In this document: positions 60,274-64,000 of the stretch, one piece after another
Position numbering within the stretch: the first letter of the stretch is position 1
Layout: the number at the start of each line of letters is the position of its first letter
From: Penicillus capitatus
Lineage: Eukaryota; Plantae; Chlorophyta
Length of the DNA: 64,000 nt
Assembly (NCBI GenBank): GCA_965649825.1
Contig: OZ287696.1
Span: 2,047,724-2,111,723 of the forward strand
Direction of reading: 5' to 3'
Notes under the pieces: generated by a model
Seen by the model: the letters and a program-made list of their open reading frames with translations, nothing else
Databases searched by the model: none
What the model was told of the DNA's origin: nothing
Made by a program: the position numbers and the translations under genes

Positions 60274-61602
60274 TTATTCTCGTCGTTTCAAGGATCCAAG
60301 TCCAAATGCATCAGCCGTCGGAGTCGCCAGCTTCCGAGACCCGCTGCCCCTAGTCCACACCTTGGGTGCCATTTTCGCACTACTGCTGCGTTCTGTGTCG
60401 TTCGATAAGCTTGTCGTCAATGGGAACTGGGCATCTATCTCTTCAATGCCAGATGCAGATGACATATCACGTGACCCTTCGATCTCGGCCATTCCACTGC
60501 TGTTGTCAGCCGACGAGAAAGCTAAGAGACTCTCTAATCCCTAGAGCAGATTGAATCTCTACGTGTGTGACTTAAAGAATGGCCGATCTCGTACAGGGGC
60601 ATGGCTTCCATCCACCATAGGAGGTGACGTGCGTGAGAATTGCTCAAGTTCAGATCTGGACCGAATTTTGAAATCGTTGTGATACACGAGCTCTCCCACA
60701 ACTTTCAACAAGAGAAAGATTCCCTGGCTGTTGTATTTCTGAGCATCTTGGATTTCTCCCAGAGCACCTCGAACTTGTTGAACGTGGCTATTGACCTGCA
60801 CACGTCACTGCGTCTATCACATCATTGTTCAACAGAAGAGGGCGACCTCAGACAATTCGTTGTGCATATCGTCCACTGTATCTCCGAGATTGATGAGCCT
60901 ATCGTCAATTCTCTCTGTCTTTTCCATGTGCGTTTTCTGATCATCTTCCAGCATGTTCAGTCGACTGCTCAAGTATTCCTTTGTTTTGGACGTGTAATCC
61001 TTCAATCCATCGATGCCTAACGTGAACACTGTCTTCATCTCGGTGAGATCATAGATTCACCAAACCTTGTTTCAGAGCATTGGAGCTGGCCTTCAAGGAA
61101 GCTTGAGAGACGTACATGAAATCCGTCAGTCGCCATCCCTTTACAAATCGTGCATAGGCGTAGCCCACTCCCATAATGCCCAGAAGATAAGGCAACCATC
61201 CCCACCTGATAGCATCCCTAAACGCGAGCTTGCAGAACGGTGATTTGTTACGGTATGGAGCGTCCTTTGTCAACGACAACGACTTGACCTCGACTGTTCT
61301 CCACCACAAGTCTCTTCAAGCTATCGATTTCACTTGCCAGGGAACTCTGGGATTGGGTAGATTGGTCGGGATAGTACAACGAAAAGGCATTTACATTGTC
61401 GCTGCGCCCGGTATTCGATCCACCAGGTCGTGTCGAGTGGTGCGTAATGGCTCGAGCAACCTCGCGGAAGTAACCAGATATATCTGAGCCATATTCGACA
61501 GCGGCCGTCGCGCCGCCCGCTCCTAAACTCAAGCAGTCAGCGAAACCGGCTTCGATATGAGATTATCCCACCGAGCAAAACGGCTGGAAGGGTGCGCACC
61601 AT
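60274..61602 (-). CDS. DUF1664-family protein
   Basis: VLLGAGG start, a TM segment followed by KGWRLTDFMYVS, a coiled-coil region and NSQGIFLL. Confidence 0.75.
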
Positions 61603-62057
61603 GGCGAAAAGTGCGAATCAAAATGGACACGTCGATGTTGCGTCAGATTAATCGCAACCTTCACATCGTTAACAGTCTGTTCGAAATCCATCTTGTTTAC
61701 ATCCGTCTAACAAGAAAAGAAGAAGTATTGTGGAGAGCTCAGGAATGCGATGTCCGAGGAGAGTGGAAGAGTCCGACAATTAGGTATTTAGTGATCTTAT
61801 GGAGGCGGAGAGGTGTATGCGAGAACGTCGTTGCGGGAAGCTGTCTGTATCTGTTTCGATGTAATTGTGCGATGAACGGTGGTTCCTCGACAGCTACAGA
61901 CAGTCACGTGCACGCAGGTTTACGTTACCGATCCAGTTACATCCGAATGACTCCTTCGCCAAAAGAAGACTCTGACTAGACACATGCATGTCTTGATAGA
62001 TATCATCGGAAACTGCGTCGTCTTGATGAATGTGATAAAGACATAATGCAATCTGTT

Positions 62058-63370
62058 TCAAACGAAACTCTTATAGGCAGAATGAATACCCCAGTTATCT
62101 GGAAGGAAGGCAAGGCCTCCGTCCATCAGATCATCCGTCAGACCAGAACTGTTATGCTCCGGAGCATAAAGAAAGTAGCCCGTTACGAACATGATAGACA
62201 TGCAGTAGATTTGAAAGAACCAAGATGGAAGGGCTTCGGTGATCTTGCTGTAAAACTTGCTTGCCTTCTTAACGTGCTTCATCCACTCTTCGAAAAGAAT
62301 GACAAGGGCACTAGCCAGAAAGAATAAGCCAATAAAGACCGGGGTCTTAGACATATATCCGATTCGTGGCATGTAAATGTGCAGGAATCCACTCGCAACA
62401 AAGGTTGCGAAAAGAGCAATTGACTTGCGAAGTTTAGAAGGTGTTTTTCTATCAAAGTACTTCGAACCACGAATAACGCAACCTGATCACCACACTCAAG
62501 TCAGAGGGAACAATGAGCGCCGTTCTGCACACTTTCGCAGATCGGATCGTAGACGATGTCTCTCAGAACAGTGCCGAAGACGAGGTTGTATCGCCTAGAC
62601 CATAATTCCTGGACGCTCTGCGAGAGCCACGGTCGATCGAAATTGTGTTCGAGCTTAAGGTTTAAGGTGAAAAGGACGATCAGAGAGACGAGATCTTCGA
62701 TTCCGGAGGTGTTGGCATAGAGAAACCATCCAAAGCAGATATCACTCCAGAAAAAGTGTCCCGAGGCACGGAGCAGATTTCGACCGTCCCTTAGGGCAAC
62801 CATGAAGGCAATCTAATGCAAACAAGTCACGGAAATGAACAGAGACTGTGTAGAATCAGTCACCTTTGCAATCACCTGCGCCGCGAAGATCAGCGCCTCT
62901 CTAGTACGTTCTGTCTCTTGGTAATGGACAACATGAAAGCGGACGTCTTTATAGGGGTGGCGCTTTTCTGGTTTGTCCTCCGTCTCCTTAGAGACCCGTT
63001 CCTTACGAAACTTGACGGTGACGGGAAACAAGAGGGCGAGAACGAAAGCGCCCGTGCTGCCGCTGTCGTAGGCTTTGACTAGTTGCCCGCGGTTCATGCA
63101 GAAGGAGCAGATTTTGCATGGCGTTAGAAACGAGAAAACGCAGATACAGTACAGGGCTGTCGTGAATTCTTCATTTCTATGTGGGAGGAAAAGGACACAA
63201 AAGAAAACCAAAAGCGGCATCAGCATCAACGCACGTAAGAATCGCGATAGACCAGTCGTCGCTGCGGCGACGACGTAACGCGTCCAATAGTAGAACGCAA
63301 AATGGCCGGCGATAAGAATGCCGAGTCGAACAGACAGATCTATATTCCATAGCGCAGACTGCAAAGTCAT
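62058..63370 (-). CDS. MBOAT-family wax synthase / long-chain alcohol or sterol O-acyltransferase
   Basis: Multiple TM segments, FDRPWLSQSVQELWSRRYNL, and catalytic-His motif ATFVASGFLH after splicing. Confidence 0.82.
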
Positions 63371-63752
63371 CCCAAGGCCACACGCAGCACACGGACAATT
63401 GTCCAGACGAAAAGTATTGACACGATTGTTGAGACGAGACGTTTGGCGCAGTGTATTGGCAGTTCAGTCTTATGTAAACATTTGACAAGGATGCGCTCGT
63501 TATTATTACCCTTCGATCAAATTACGAGGCACTGTCGTTCACTGGCGAACGAAGCAGGCCGACGTTGAAGCATGTCGTTTTCTTTCTATGCAAGGAAGCC
63601 AGAAGCGGTAGCGTTCGTGGTGAAATGGACGCTAGGCCTCTTGTTACTAAACCAACCTCCACAATCGATCTTCCAACTCTCATGTCAAAATCATCAACTC
63701 ACATCCACGCCGCCTGAAAGGAGAGAAAGAAAGAGGCGCGAGAGATTTCATC

Positions 63753-64000
63753 CTAATCAGACGAAAGAATGCCTCTCTTTCTGTCCATAAGCAAAAAAAG
63801 CGGATCAAAGTCTGCGGATTTCTTGATCCTCGACGCCGATTCCATCCATATCCCTTTCTTTTGGACCATCACCAACAGGTTTTGTAGGTAGGTGTGAAGA
63901 GGCAGTTGTCCGAGGCATGAGATTACTTCATCGAGAGTGGTTCTATCTCTCTCAATATCTAAATCTGCCTCGAGCACGATCCAGAGTCCCAAGAGTCTTC
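63753..64000 (-). CDS. 3' end of an unidentified gene entering from beyond the right edge
   Basis: A protein-like open frame runs to the window edge. No motif recognised. Confidence 0.35.
   Translation of the reverse strand, partial: RLLGLWIVLEADLDIERDRTTLDEVISCLGQLPLHTYLQNLLVMVQKKGIWMESASRIKKSADFDPLFLLMDRKRGILSSD

Noticed and set aside
20000-64000. Transposons, viral insertions, rRNA or tRNA genes in the gene-rich half
   Set aside because: No transposase, RT, integrase or capsid motifs, no terminal repeats, and no recognisable structural RNA by eye. A covariance-model scan was not possible.

Overview
Eukaryotic nuclear DNA in two sharply separated halves. (1) 1-19,987: about 65 head-to-tail copies of a GC-rich, CpG-rich 306-bp satellite that continues past the left edge. 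It shows local higher-order duplications, a chimeric monomer and layered subfamilies. All ORFs called there are artefacts of the repeat. (2) About 20,000-64,000: a very compact gene region with about 21 intron-containing genes, introns mostly 45-57 nt, and no recognisable transposon. Plastid-type genes (soluble stearoyl-ACP desaturase, STN7/8-type kinase, phytyl ester synthase, HBP5) plus TGTAA motifs after many stop codons point to a chlorophyte green alga (inference). The standard genetic code is used. Genes in order: DnaJ-type Zn-finger (frameshifted), NSUN6, MOCS3/CNX5, PES, TBCE, two double-MATH genes (one apparently fused to a fungal-like SHDQGW domain), a divergent proteasome beta-1, STN-family kinase, SnoaL+SOUL protein, TPR protein, ER Hsp70 (HYOU1 type), a cyanobacterial-type unknown, SAD, mL45/Tim44-like, an orphan, TFIIH p44, a voltage-sensor/adenylyl cyclase fusion, a PVC-bacteria-like adenylate kinase, DUF1664, an MBOAT wax synthase and a partial gene. 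Best leads: the satellite as a candidate centromere abutting genes; divergent genes whose ATGs are 4-103 bp apart; the co-oriented SHDQGW-MATH / MATH / divergent beta-1 block; the channel-like cyclase. Exon models were spliced by eye and family names come from recalled motifs, not database searches.
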